A DNA stretch of 58,779 nucleotides, taken from positions 1-58,779 of the forward strand of contig JAVXGI010000005.1 in assembly GCA_036657515.1 (NCBI GenBank). Reading direction: 5' to 3'. The notes beneath the pieces were generated by a model that saw only the letters and a list, made by a program, of their open reading frames with translations, had not been told where the DNA came from and made no database searches. This DNA comes from Bacilli bacterium (GTDB lineage: Bacteria; Bacillota_I; Bacilli_A; RFN20; CAG-826). Positions 38,620-48,541 of the stretch are shown here, piece after piece. The position numbers and the translations under genes were made by a program. The number at the start of each line of letters is the position of its first letter. Within the stretch, counting starts at the first letter, position 1.

Positions 38620-39585
38620 TTAATTAGCTTTATTTTTTTTACTTAATAAAATTATAGCAAATGCACCAACAGCACCAATTATTAATAACATAATTCCGGT
38701 TGGAAGTTCCCAATAAATAGAAGAACTAGTAGAATTACTCATCCAAACATTATAAACTTTTTGAACAATTTCAGGATTATAGAACATTGAAACTATTGAT
38801 CCAAGAGAAAAACCTAAAGCACCAATATAGGCGAGAGGTTTATTTTTCTCTATTATTTTAGCAATAAGCTTAGAGAAGAAAAATAAACCTACTAAAAATC
38901 CAACAGCAAGACAAGCAAGAAGACCTAAAAATGCAGGATTTGTCTTTATGTAAGTTAAACTCACACTAGACATTAATTTTGAAAAGAAACCTAGTTGCAT
39001 TAATAAAGCAGTTGCGGAAAGTCCAGGAATTAGCTGAGTTAAACTTACTAATATTCCTATTATAATGAAGACAAAATATAACCAGATTGGAGCGTTATCA
39101 ATTAAAGATCCGTAATCAGCAAGGAAAGTGGTAGAAAGGACTGACATTATAATAGGAATAGAAAGACAAATTATTACTAATATAACGTGAAGAGGTTTTA
39201 CTTTATCAATTTTAATTTCGTCAGTAATAGAAGGAAGAGAACCGATCATCATTCCAGCAAATAAAGCAACAAAAGCAAACATAGCTATTGCTACTAATTG
39301 TTTAACTCCAAAGAAGCCAACAACAAAGCCTATTAATCCTCCTAATATAATAGGAAGTAAGAATAAAAAACATCTAGTAAAGCGTTTAAATATATTACTT
39401 ATAGAAAAGATCATTTTATCATAGAGTTTAAAGATTATGGCAGCTTGACTTCCACTGACTCCAGGGATTATTACAGCAAGACCAATAATAAATCCTAAAA
39501 GAGCTGATTTGATCCAGGAAGCAAAAGTATGAGGAGGAATATCTTCTTTAGTTTCTATTTCTGTTTTAGTGTTTAATTCTTCCAT
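38620..39585 (-). CDS. DUF368 family membrane protein (putative undecaprenyl-phosphate translocase)
   Basis: Repeated IIPGVSGS and LIPGLSAT motifs; polytopic; SD AAAGGAG supports ATG 39585. Confidence 0.85.
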   Translation of the reverse strand: MEELNTKTEIETKEDIPPHTFASWIKSALLGFIIGLAVIIPGVSGSQAAIIFKLYDKMIFSISNIFKRFTRCFLFLLPIILGGLIGFVVGFFGVKQLVAIAMFAFVALFAGMMIGSLPSITDEIKIDKVKPLHVILVIICLSIPIIMSVLSTTFLADYGSLIDNAPIWLYFVFIIIGILVSLTQLIPGLSATALLMQLGFFSKLMSSVSLTYIKTNPAFLGLLACLAVGFLVGLFFFSKLIAKIIEKNKPLAYIGALGFSLGSIVSMFYNPEIVQKVYNVWMSNSTSSSIYWELPTGIMLLIIGAVGAFAIILLSKKNKAN

Positions 39586-39740
39586 AATTACTCCTTTAAT
39601 TCTTTCTAAATTATTATAAAACAAATGAGGTGATTTACATAATATTAATAACGATGATTAAATGGATATAAAATAAATATTGTATTATAAAAATAAGTAA
39701 ATTTTTAAAAAGAGTTTTTAATTATGGTATAATATTGCTT

Positions 39741-40307
39741 ATGGAACAAGAAAGATATTTGATTATTGGGTTAGGTAATCCAGAAGATAAATACTTAAAT
39801 ACTAGACATAATACTGGTTTTAGAGCAGTAGATTTTTTTGCTGCTAAAAATAAATATAAGTTTGATAAACAAAATTTTAATTCACTTTATTCTAAAGTAA
39901 AATATAAAGGAAAAGTTCTTATTATTGCTAAACCTTTAACCTATATGAATAATAGTGGAGAAGCACTATATGCATTAAAACAGTTTTTTAAAATAGATGT
40001 TAATAATATCTTAGTAATATATGATGATATGGATACTCCAGTTGGATCAATTAGACTTAAAGAAAGAGGATCAAGTGGCGGACATAATGGTATTAAAAGT
40101 ATTATTAATGTTTTAGGAACTGAAGAATTTAAAAGAATAAAGATAGGAATTGGTCAACCTGTTTTTGATTCAATAGATTTTGTTTTAGGAAAGTTTAATG
40201 AAGAAGAAGAAAAAGAAATTAACCTTGCATTTCTTAAGGTTTCAAATGCAATAGAGTGTTATTATGATTCAACCTTTGCTCGTGCTATGAGCTTATTTAG
40301 TAAATAA
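39741..40307 (+). CDS. pth: Peptidyl-tRNA hydrolase
   Basis: GLGNP, TRHNTGF, KPLTYMN, GGHNG. Confidence 0.97.
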   Translation: MEQERYLIIGLGNPEDKYLNTRHNTGFRAVDFFAAKNKYKFDKQNFNSLYSKVKYKGKVLIIAKPLTYMNNSGEALYALKQFFKIDVNNILVIYDDMDTPVGSIRLKERGSSGGHNGIKSIINVLGTEEFKRIKIGIGQPVFDSIDFVLGKFNEEEEKEINLAFLKVSNAIECYYDSTFARAMSLFSK

Positions 40308-43300
40308 TGGAAAAAAAATTAATAGATATTATAAAAAGCATATCATTTGATACTAGTTCAAATTCTTTTTTAACCGATGAATTAATTGGAATTGGTGTTC
40401 TTACTTCTAAAATGTTTCTGTCTAAAAACGAAAATATAATGGTGATTACACAAAATTTATATAGCGCAGAAGCACTAAGAAATTTTGTATCTTCTTTAAT
40501 AGGAGAAGAAAATATTATTTATTTACCAGCCGAAGAAATGTTGATGGTTGAATATTTAGCTTCTTCATCGGACATTGTAAGCGATAGAGTTTTTGCTCTT
40601 CATTCAGCTCTTGAAGCCAAACATAAAGTATTAATATGTAATATTGCTGCTGCTGCAAGATTTTATCCAACAACAGATATTTTTAAAGAATTTTGTTTTC
40701 ACATAACAAAAGGAAGTTCGTTAAATTTAAAAGAAACGAGAGAAAAACTTCTTAAAAGTGGATACAAATTAGTAAACAAAGTTGAAAAGTCTTGTGAATT
40801 TGCTATTCGTGGAGATATATTAGATATATTTTCGTTAACTAATGATTATCCTTGTCGTATAGATTTATTTGATGAAGAAGTTGAGAAAATAACTTATTTT
40901 GAGATTTCGACACAGGAAAGTTTTAAAGAAGTTGAAGAAGTTGATATTATTCCTTCAAAAGATTTTATAGTTACGGAAGAAGATATTTCACAAAATTCTC
41001 AATCAATAATAGAAGAAGCAAAAAAAGAAGCAACAGAAGTTAATCCTGAAATATTATCTAATACTGATGCTGATTTAATGCTACTTAGTAATTGGTCTTC
41101 AGAGCCTAGATTGTATAAATATTTTTCATCACTTTCAATAAATCAAAATACTATTTTTGACTATTTTCACTGCAGAACCTGCATATTTTCAAATTATGAT
41201 GCAACTATAATTGGTTATAATTTGCTATTAAGTGATTCTGTGGATTTTCTAAATAAGCTTAATCAGCAAGGCAAAAACATCAATACCTTATCATTATTTT
41301 ATGAAGATATATTTAATAAGATCAATTGCAGAATTATAAAAAATAATGAAATTAGTATTGAAAATCCTACTTCTATAAATGTTAAACTTCCTACGTATTA
41401 CTCAAAAAATCTTTTAGATAGCAAACTAAACCTCGATTCTTATGTTTTGAATAAATATATTATTCACATATGTTTTATTTCGGAACAACAAATGGATTTT
41501 TATAAGAAAAATGTGCTAGATGCTTTTTATAAAGAACTGGATGTTGAGTATTTATTAAACCATAAAATATTTTTAGAAATTAATACGTTATCGAATGGTA
41601 TTGAGTTTAGTGATGCAGGTGTAGTTTATCTAACTCCAAAAGAAATTTTTGGTTATAAAAATAATTTTAGTAAATATTCCACTAAATTTAAGCAAGGGAC
41701 CGTACTTAAATCATATGATGAACTAAAAGTTGGGGATTATATAGTTCATGAAAATTATGGGATAGGTAAATATGATGGGTTAAAACAAATTACAAACAAT
41801 AATCTTACAAATGACTATATAAGAATTATCTATAAGGATGATGATGTACTTTATGTTCCTCTTGAACAATTTAAGTTAATACGAAAATATATATCAAGAG
41901 AAGGCTATACTCCAAGTCTTAGTAAATTATTTAATGGTAAATGGGAAAAAACTAAAGAAAAAATTAAAAAAAGAGTTAGCGATCTTGCCGATAAGCTTGT
42001 TGCTTTATATCAAGAAAGAGCTAGTAAACCAGGTATCTCTTTTGCGAAGGATGATATATATCAAGAACAATTTGAAAATGATTTTGATTATCAATTAACT
42101 CCAGATCAAGAAACGGCATTAAGTGATATTAAAAAAGATATGGAATCTTCTCTTTCGATGGATAGATTAATTTGTGGTGATGTTGGATTTGGTAAAACAG
42201 AACTAGCTTTTAGAGCTGCTTTTAAAGCTATTAATAGCGGAAAACAAGTATTATTGCTTTGTCCTACAACTTTACTTGCAAAACAACATTATGAAAGAGC
42301 AATCGAAAGATTTTCTCGTTATGATATAAGAGTTGTTTGCATGACACGTTTTTTATCAGTAAAAGAATTTAATAATGCTGCTAAAGATATTGGTACTAGT
42401 GCCATTCATTTTGTTATAGGCACACATAAAGCCTTATCAAAAAAGATTAACTATAAAGATTTAGGTCTTTTAATAATAGATGAAGAACAAAGATTTGGAG
42501 TTGAACATAAAGAAAAGATAAAAATGATGTTTCCAAATATTGATGTTTTAACATTAAGTGCCACTCCAATTCCACGTACATTACAAATGTCTCTTGTTGG
42601 TATGAAACAAATGTCTTTAATTAATACCGCTCCTAAAAATAGGACTTCAATTCAAACTTATTTAGTAAAATATGATAAAGATATGGTCTATGAATTATTA
42701 AGTAGAGAATTAGTACGTCACGGACAAGCATATTACGTAATCAACAATATTGAAACGCTTTTTAAAAGAGCGGATGAGATAGCAAAACATCTTCCAGGTG
42801 CAAAAATCGCTGCAGTTCATGGACAAATGGACAAAAATGAAATTGATGAAATCATGAATGAATTCTATTTAGGCAATGTGGATGTTCTTGTTACAACGAC
42901 AATTATTGAAAACGGAATTGATATAGCTAATGCTAATTTAGTGCTTGTTGAAGATGCAAATAGATTTGGTTTAGCTCAACTTTATCAAATAAAAGGAAGA
43001 GTAGGAAGATCAAATAGATTAGCCTACGCATATTTGATGTATAAACCAGACAAAAAAATGGATGATTCTGCTAAAAAGCGTTTAAACACGATACAAGAAT
43101 TTACAGAATTAGGTAGTGGATATAAAATTGCTCAACGAGATTTAATGATTCGAGGTGCAGGAGATATCTTAGGAGCGGAACAGGCTGGATTTATTAACGA
43201 AGTTGGCATCGATTTATATTTAAAACTATTAAACGAAGCAATTAACGAAAAGCAAAATGGAGTCGACAAAAAGAAAGATATTGAATATCAAAAGATGCTT

Positions 43301-43744
43301 ATTAATGGATTTATTCCTGATAAATATGCAATTGATAACAATAAATTTGAAATTTACCAATTAATAAATGATTCTGATACATTAGATGATCTTGAAAAAA
43401 CGATCAAAAAGATTATTGATATTTATGGCAATATTCCAACAGAAACGAACAATCTTCTTTTAAACAGAAGAATTAAAATTTGTTTAAAAAGAGACATATT
43501 TGAAAAATATATCGAAACTAAAGACGATATTCAACTTTATTTATCTAATCTTTATAATAAAGTTGATGGAATTGGTTTTACTTTATTTAGTTCATTATTT
43601 AAGTATTCAAAGAAAACAAAAATAACCACTTCTAATGGATTAATTAAAATAGCATTAAGAAAAGATAATAGATGGTTAGAAGACTTTAATGATATAATTA
43701 ATATATGTAGTAAGGTATATGAAGGTAGCAAAAAATGCGAATAG
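40307..43744 (+). CDS. mfd: Transcription-repair coupling factor
   Basis: CarD-like RID domain, GDVGFGKTE, DEEQRFG, SATPIPRT, GRVGR. Confidence 0.97.
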   Translation: MEKKLIDIIKSISFDTSSNSFLTDELIGIGVLTSKMFLSKNENIMVITQNLYSAEALRNFVSSLIGEENIIYLPAEEMLMVEYLASSSDIVSDRVFALHSALEAKHKVLICNIAAAARFYPTTDIFKEFCFHITKGSSLNLKETREKLLKSGYKLVNKVEKSCEFAIRGDILDIFSLTNDYPCRIDLFDEEVEKITYFEISTQESFKEVEEVDIIPSKDFIVTEEDISQNSQSIIEEAKKEATEVNPEILSNTDADLMLLSNWSSEPRLYKYFSSLSINQNTIFDYFHCRTCIFSNYDATIIGYNLLLSDSVDFLNKLNQQGKNINTLSLFYEDIFNKINCRIIKNNEISIENPTSINVKLPTYYSKNLLDSKLNLDSYVLNKYIIHICFISEQQMDFYKKNVLDAFYKELDVEYLLNHKIFLEINTLSNGIEFSDAGVVYLTPKEIFGYKNNFSKYSTKFKQGTVLKSYDELKVGDYIVHENYGIGKYDGLKQITNNNLTNDYIRIIYKDDDVLYVPLEQFKLIRKYISREGYTPSLSKLFNGKWEKTKEKIKKRVSDLADKLVALYQERASKPGISFAKDDIYQEQFENDFDYQLTPDQETALSDIKKDMESSLSMDRLICGDVGFGKTELAFRAAFKAINSGKQVLLLCPTTLLAKQHYERAIERFSRYDIRVVCMTRFLSVKEFNNAAKDIGTSAIHFVIGTHKALSKKINYKDLGLLIIDEEQRFGVEHKEKIKMMFPNIDVLTLSATPIPRTLQMSLVGMKQMSLINTAPKNRTSIQTYLVKYDKDMVYELLSRELVRHGQAYYVINNIETLFKRADEIAKHLPGAKIAAVHGQMDKNEIDEIMNEFYLGNVDVLVTTTIIENGIDIANANLVLVEDANRFGLAQLYQIKGRVGRSNRLAYAYLMYKPDKKMDDSAKKRLNTIQEFTELGSGYKIAQRDLMIRGAGDILGAEQAGFINEVGIDLYLKLLNEAINEKQNGVDKKKDIEYQKMLINGFIPDKYAIDNNKFEIYQLINDSDTLDDLEKTIKKIIDIYGNIPTETNNLLLNRRIKICLKRDIFEKYIETKDDIQLYLSNLYNKVDGIGFTLFSSLFKYSKKTKITTSNGLIKIALRKDNRWLEDFNDIINICSKVYEGSKKCE

Positions 43745-43986
43745 ATAAATTTTTAAAGGTCTCAAGAATTATAAAAAGAAGAACCATTGCCAAAGAAATA
43801 TGTGAGAATGGCAGGGTTTTTGTTAATGGAAAGGCTGTTAAGCCATCAGAAGAAGTGAAAATAAATGATGTTCTTGAATTAAATTTAAATGCTCGCCAAG
43901 TAAAAGTTAAAGTACTAGAACTTCGTGAAAACGCTCGCATTGAAGAGGCGGATAAAATGTATGAAATTATTAACAACAATAAATGA
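43735..43986 (+). CDS. rqcP: S4-domain protein YabO/RqcP
   Basis: MRIDKFLKVSRIIKRR; located between mfd and tilS. Confidence 0.85.
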   Translation: MRIDKFLKVSRIIKRRTIAKEICENGRVFVNGKAVKPSEEVKINDVLELNLNARQVKVKVLELRENARIEEADKMYEIINNNK

Positions 43987-45229
43987 AACTTTAGATTTAG
44001 ATAAGAAGAAAAAATATCTTTTAGGTTGCTCGTTTGGACCCGATTCAATGTGTTTGTTATCATTACTTTTAAAAAACGAATTTAATTTTGTTATTGCTCA
44101 CGTAAATTATAAAACCAGAAAAGAATCAGATTTAGAAGAAAACGCACTAACAAAATTTTGCGAAGAAAACAAAATTAAATTATTTAAAAAAACTTATCAC
44201 AAATCAAATGAAAAGAACTTTGAAGCTGATGCTAGATATTTTAGATATGATTTTTTTGCTGAAATATATCGAAAAGAAAATTGTGATGTTTTATTAACCG
44301 CTCATCATTGTGATGATAGTATTGAAACGCGGATATTTAATCAGCAAAGAAAATCATATCCAACTTTTGAAGGGATTACAGAAGAAACATATATTCAATC
44401 GATGTTAGTTAAAAGACCATTACTTGTTTATGATAAGAAAACAATAATGAATTATGTTAATGAGAACATGATTCCTTACTCAATTGATTCAACAAACCTA
44501 GAAGATAGACATACAAGAAATAAAATAAGACACACTATTGTTGATAAAATGTCTTTAGCATTAAAACAAGAAGCAATAGATAAAATTTCATTATGTAATG
44601 AAGCCTTAAAAGATCTATATATTCGTATTACTGCAGATAATCTTTATGAAAGAGAAAACATTAAAACCTGTTCTTCTAGTGACTACTATTTATTTTCTCA
44701 CGCCATTGTAAATCTAGTTAAAAACTGTACCAATCTATTTCCTAATGTTGGAATAATTAAACATATCTTTGAAGATATTAATAATGGGAAAAACAATAAA
44801 ATTTATCCTATCGATAAAACTTATTCGATTGTCCTTGAAAACGAAACAATAATGGTTGTAGCAACGGCAGAGTTAAGTAAAAAATACAAACTTAATTTCG
44901 AAGAAGGAATTAAATTACTAGGACTTAATGTAAATATTTTCAAAGATAAATTTCCCACCTATGATATTGGGGAAATTTATCTCTCTCCACTTGTTGAATC
45001 ACAAAATATTGTTGTCAATAATAAACCTAAAAAAGTCCGCAGATTCCTGATCGATTGTAAAATTCCTTGTTCTCTTAGAAAATTATGGCCAGCAATATAT
45101 AGTAAAGATGGTGCATTAATTTACTCTCCTCGTTATCGAGAAGAGGAAGATCAATTTAATACGAATATCCTTAATTTTTCTTGTGATAAATTGTTTCTAT
45201 TGCCTTCTAGTGCGCAATATGAAGAATGA
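43961..45229 (+). CDS. tilS: tRNA(Ile)-lysidine synthetase
   Basis: SFGPDS PP-loop, ARYFRY, TAHHCDD, RNKIRH; likely start ATG 43961. Confidence 0.93.
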   Translation: MKLLTTINETLDLDKKKKYLLGCSFGPDSMCLLSLLLKNEFNFVIAHVNYKTRKESDLEENALTKFCEENKIKLFKKTYHKSNEKNFEADARYFRYDFFAEIYRKENCDVLLTAHHCDDSIETRIFNQQRKSYPTFEGITEETYIQSMLVKRPLLVYDKKTIMNYVNENMIPYSIDSTNLEDRHTRNKIRHTIVDKMSLALKQEAIDKISLCNEALKDLYIRITADNLYERENIKTCSSSDYYLFSHAIVNLVKNCTNLFPNVGIIKHIFEDINNGKNNKIYPIDKTYSIVLENETIMVVATAELSKKYKLNFEEGIKLLGLNVNIFKDKFPTYDIGEIYLSPLVESQNIVVNNKPKKVRRFLIDCKIPCSLRKLWPAIYSKDGALIYSPRYREEEDQFNTNILNFSCDKLFLLPSSAQYEE

Positions 45230-45320
45230 GTAAGTAAATTGTTTTATTTATTAAGATATTTGTTATATAATTCGTAGTGATACTTTGTATCATGATTATG
45301 AAAGGAGTGTTATCAATAAT

Positions 45321-47471
45321 ATGAATAAACGCAATAACGGAAAAAAATCTATACTCCCTCAACTTTTAATGTCTATTGTTACCATTAGCTTAATTGGTTT
45401 TATGATTTGGTTTTTTGTCAATATGTCGATGCCAAAAGCAAAGATACTTTCACGTAACGAAATAATAAATCAAAATGGTGATTCAATAGTCTTAAACATA
45501 AAGGTATTATCGGTTAATGAAGAATACGACGGAAGAATGGTAAAAGTAAGTGGTTACTATACAGAAGCTGATGTAACATCACTACAAAGTAAAAACATTG
45601 TTCAATATACTTTTACTATGAATTATGATGAATATATGGGAGTTAATGGCGGAAGCTCTTATAAAGTTGACGAAAATAAAGCCTATATTGGAACTACTGA
45701 TAAAATGGATACAACAACTATTCCAGAAAGAACCATCCATGAATATATGGTAGCAAACATGAGTTTTGCTGTTAAAGATTATGCTAATGCTGGAGAAATT
45801 GCCAATAGCAATGTCTATGGAAAAGTTACTCAAGGAAATTATAAACCTGATGGATTTATAACTTGGTTACCAACAATTATATTTACTCTTTTATTTGTAG
45901 TTGGAGGTTACTTCTTAATTAAGATGTTTATGGGTTCAGTTGGTGGATCAAATAAACAAGCAATGGATTATAATAAATCCCGTGCACGTCGAGTTGAAAA
46001 TAGTAAAATTAGATTTAAAGATGTTGCTGGATGCGATGAAGAAAAAGCTGAAATGGTTGAACTTGTCGACTATTTAAAAGCTCCAGCAAAATATACAAAA
46101 GCTGGTGCTAAATTACCTAGAGGCGTCCTTTTAGTAGGTGCTCCTGGAACTGGTAAAACATTACTTGCAAAAGCAGTTGCTGGAGAAGCTGGCGTTCCTT
46201 TCTTCTCAGTTTCTGGATCTGATTTTGTTGAAATGTTTGTCGGAGTTGGTGCTGGTAGAGTAAGAGACTTATTTAAAACCGCAAAACTTAACGCTCCTTG
46301 CCTTGTTTTCATTGATGAAATCGATGCCGTTGGTAGACAACGTGGAACAGGAATGGGTGGCGGAAACGATGAACGTGAACAAACTCTTAACCAATTATTA
46401 GTTGAGATGGATGGTTTTGCTGATAATAGTGGAGTTCTTGTCATAGCTGCAACTAATAGAGATGACGTTCTTGATCCAGCCTTATTAAGAGCTGGTAGAT
46501 TTGATAGAAAAATTACTGTTAGTTTACCAGATTTAAAAGGAAGAGAAGCAATATTCGCAGTTCATGCAAGAGGCAAAAATGTTGATGAAACAGTAAATTT
46601 TGCAAATCTTTCAAAACGTACAGTTGGTTTCTCCGGAGCTGATATTGAAGCTGTACTTAATGATGCTGCAATATTATCTGTTCGTGAAAACAAATCAACA
46701 ATTGGTATAACTGAAATCGATGAAGCAATTGATAGAAGAATTGGCGGTCCTGCTAAATCTTCAAGATCAATGACCACTACTGAAAGACGTATGATCGCCT
46801 TCCACGAAGCAGGTCATGCTGTTATCGGACTAAATTTAAAAGATAGTGATAAAGTTCAAAAGATTACGATTGTTCCACGTGGTAATACCGGTGGACACGT
46901 CCTTATGACACCAGAACAAGATAGATTCTTACTTACAAGAAAAGAATTATTTGCCCGTATTGTTGGATATCTTGGTGGAAGATCGTCTGAAGAAGTTTTC
47001 TTTGATGATATTTCAACCGGAGCATCAAACGATATTGAAATGGCAACACACATTGCTCGTTTAATGGTCGTTGAATATGGTATGTCTTCACTTGGACCAA
47101 TTCAATACGAACAACCAAATGGTAACGTATTCCTTGGTCGTGATTATACAAATACCTCACGTAATTTCTCAAGTGATGTTGCCAAAGCAATTGATAAAGA
47201 AATTCGTGCAATTATTGATGAAGCACATGCTACTGCTGTTGCTTTAATTAAAGAAAAGAAAGATGATATTATTCTAATTGCTGAAACATTATTAGAAATT
47301 GAATCAATTACTTCTGAACAAATTGCCTATTTATTAGAACATAGATCTCTTGAAGGATTTGTAAAACCTGTGGTAAAACCAGCTGATACAATCATTCCTG
47401 AAGTAGAAGTTCCAGAAGTTGATAGCGTAGTTTTACCAGATGTTGAATTACCTAATGATGAAAACAAATAG
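45321..47471 (+). CDS. ftsH: ATP-dependent zinc metalloprotease FtsH
   Basis: Two TM segments, GAPGTGKT, IDEID, SRH, HEAGH. Confidence 0.97.
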   Translation: MNKRNNGKKSILPQLLMSIVTISLIGFMIWFFVNMSMPKAKILSRNEIINQNGDSIVLNIKVLSVNEEYDGRMVKVSGYYTEADVTSLQSKNIVQYTFTMNYDEYMGVNGGSSYKVDENKAYIGTTDKMDTTTIPERTIHEYMVANMSFAVKDYANAGEIANSNVYGKVTQGNYKPDGFITWLPTIIFTLLFVVGGYFLIKMFMGSVGGSNKQAMDYNKSRARRVENSKIRFKDVAGCDEEKAEMVELVDYLKAPAKYTKAGAKLPRGVLLVGAPGTGKTLLAKAVAGEAGVPFFSVSGSDFVEMFVGVGAGRVRDLFKTAKLNAPCLVFIDEIDAVGRQRGTGMGGGNDEREQTLNQLLVEMDGFADNSGVLVIAATNRDDVLDPALLRAGRFDRKITVSLPDLKGREAIFAVHARGKNVDETVNFANLSKRTVGFSGADIEAVLNDAAILSVRENKSTIGITEIDEAIDRRIGGPAKSSRSMTTTERRMIAFHEAGHAVIGLNLKDSDKVQKITIVPRGNTGGHVLMTPEQDRFLLTRKELFARIVGYLGGRSSEEVFFDDISTGASNDIEMATHIARLMVVEYGMSSLGPIQYEQPNGNVFLGRDYTNTSRNFSSDVAKAIDKEIRAIIDEAHATAVALIKEKKDDIILIAETLLEIESITSEQIAYLLEHRSLEGFVKPVVKPADTIIPEVEVPEVDSVVLPDVELPNDENK

Positions 47472-48456
47472 TATAGATTTTAAAGAAATATTTAGCAAAA
47501 AGAAAGTTGTGCTTGCCCCTATGGCAGGCATAACTTCTTTTGCGTATAGGGAATTTTACCGTCAATTTGGTATTGGCTTAACTTATAGTGAAATGATATC
47601 TGATTGCGGATTGATTTATCAAAACGCCGAAACAACTAAATTACTTTATACCAATAATAAAGAATCATTATTTGCTGTTCAATTATTTGGTGGTAATAAA
47701 GAGAATCTTGTTAAAGCAGTTAAAATCCTTGAAAGTATGCCGATAAAATATGATATTTTAGATCTAAATTTAGCTTGCCCAGTTTATAAAGTTACCAGAA
47801 ATAATGGCGGATCTAGTTGGTTAAAATCGCCAACCGCATTAGAAGAATTACTTGTTGCAATCGTTGAAGCATCAAGCAAACCAGTAAGTTGTAAAATAAG
47901 ACTTGGGTGGGACGATAATTCAATAAACGTATATGAGATTGCAACTATGGCTGAAAAAGCAGGAGTAGCACTCCTTGCAGTTCATGTACGAACTGCAAAG
48001 CAAGGTTACACCGGACTTGCTCAATATGAAAAAATTAAAGATTTAAAGAAATATATTAATATTCCATTTATTGTATCAGGTGATATTTTTTCTGTTGAAA
48101 ATGCCAAGAAAGCAATTGAAATTACGGGAGCTGATGCTGTGATGCTTGCTCGTGGAGGAATTGGAAATCCTTTATTAGCTTTAGAAATTAATAATGCATT
48201 AACAAATAATGATCCAGTTGAGATTTGCAGGGATTTTGCTACTCAAAAGAAGTTTTTAACTCAATATATGGAGTTATTAATTGAAGAAAAAGGTGAAGAA
48301 TTAGCAATTAGATTACTACGTGGAATTGCTCCAAAATTCTTTAGTAGTTTTCCAAATTCAAAAAACATTAGAAAAGATTTATCTTCAAATATTGTTAGAA
48401 AACAAGATGTTTTAGATATATTAAATCATTATGATACCTGTGAAAGCTTAAAGTAA
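47458..48456 (+). CDS. dusB: tRNA-dihydrouridine synthase (DusB-like)
   Basis: LAPMAG, VQLFG, LNLACP, KIRLGWD; exact start uncertain. Confidence 0.88.
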   Translation: MKTNSIDFKEIFSKKKVVLAPMAGITSFAYREFYRQFGIGLTYSEMISDCGLIYQNAETTKLLYTNNKESLFAVQLFGGNKENLVKAVKILESMPIKYDILDLNLACPVYKVTRNNGGSSWLKSPTALEELLVAIVEASSKPVSCKIRLGWDDNSINVYEIATMAEKAGVALLAVHVRTAKQGYTGLAQYEKIKDLKKYINIPFIVSGDIFSVENAKKAIEITGADAVMLARGGIGNPLLALEINNALTNNDPVEICRDFATQKKFLTQYMELLIEEKGEELAIRLLRGIAPKFFSSFPNSKNIRKDLSSNIVRKQDVLDILNHYDTCESLK

Positions 48457-48541
48457 TTAAGAATATACTTATTTTCATTCAAATAATTGATAAATTGTAT
48501 AAATATAGTATTATATTAGACAGGGACTAAAGGAGAAACTT

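Noticed and set aside
46871-46886. parS-like half site TGTTCCACGTGG in ftsH, and a similar one in ppdK near 29525-29540
   Set aside because: Only one arm matches, and it is explained by conserved VPRG/VPRD codons
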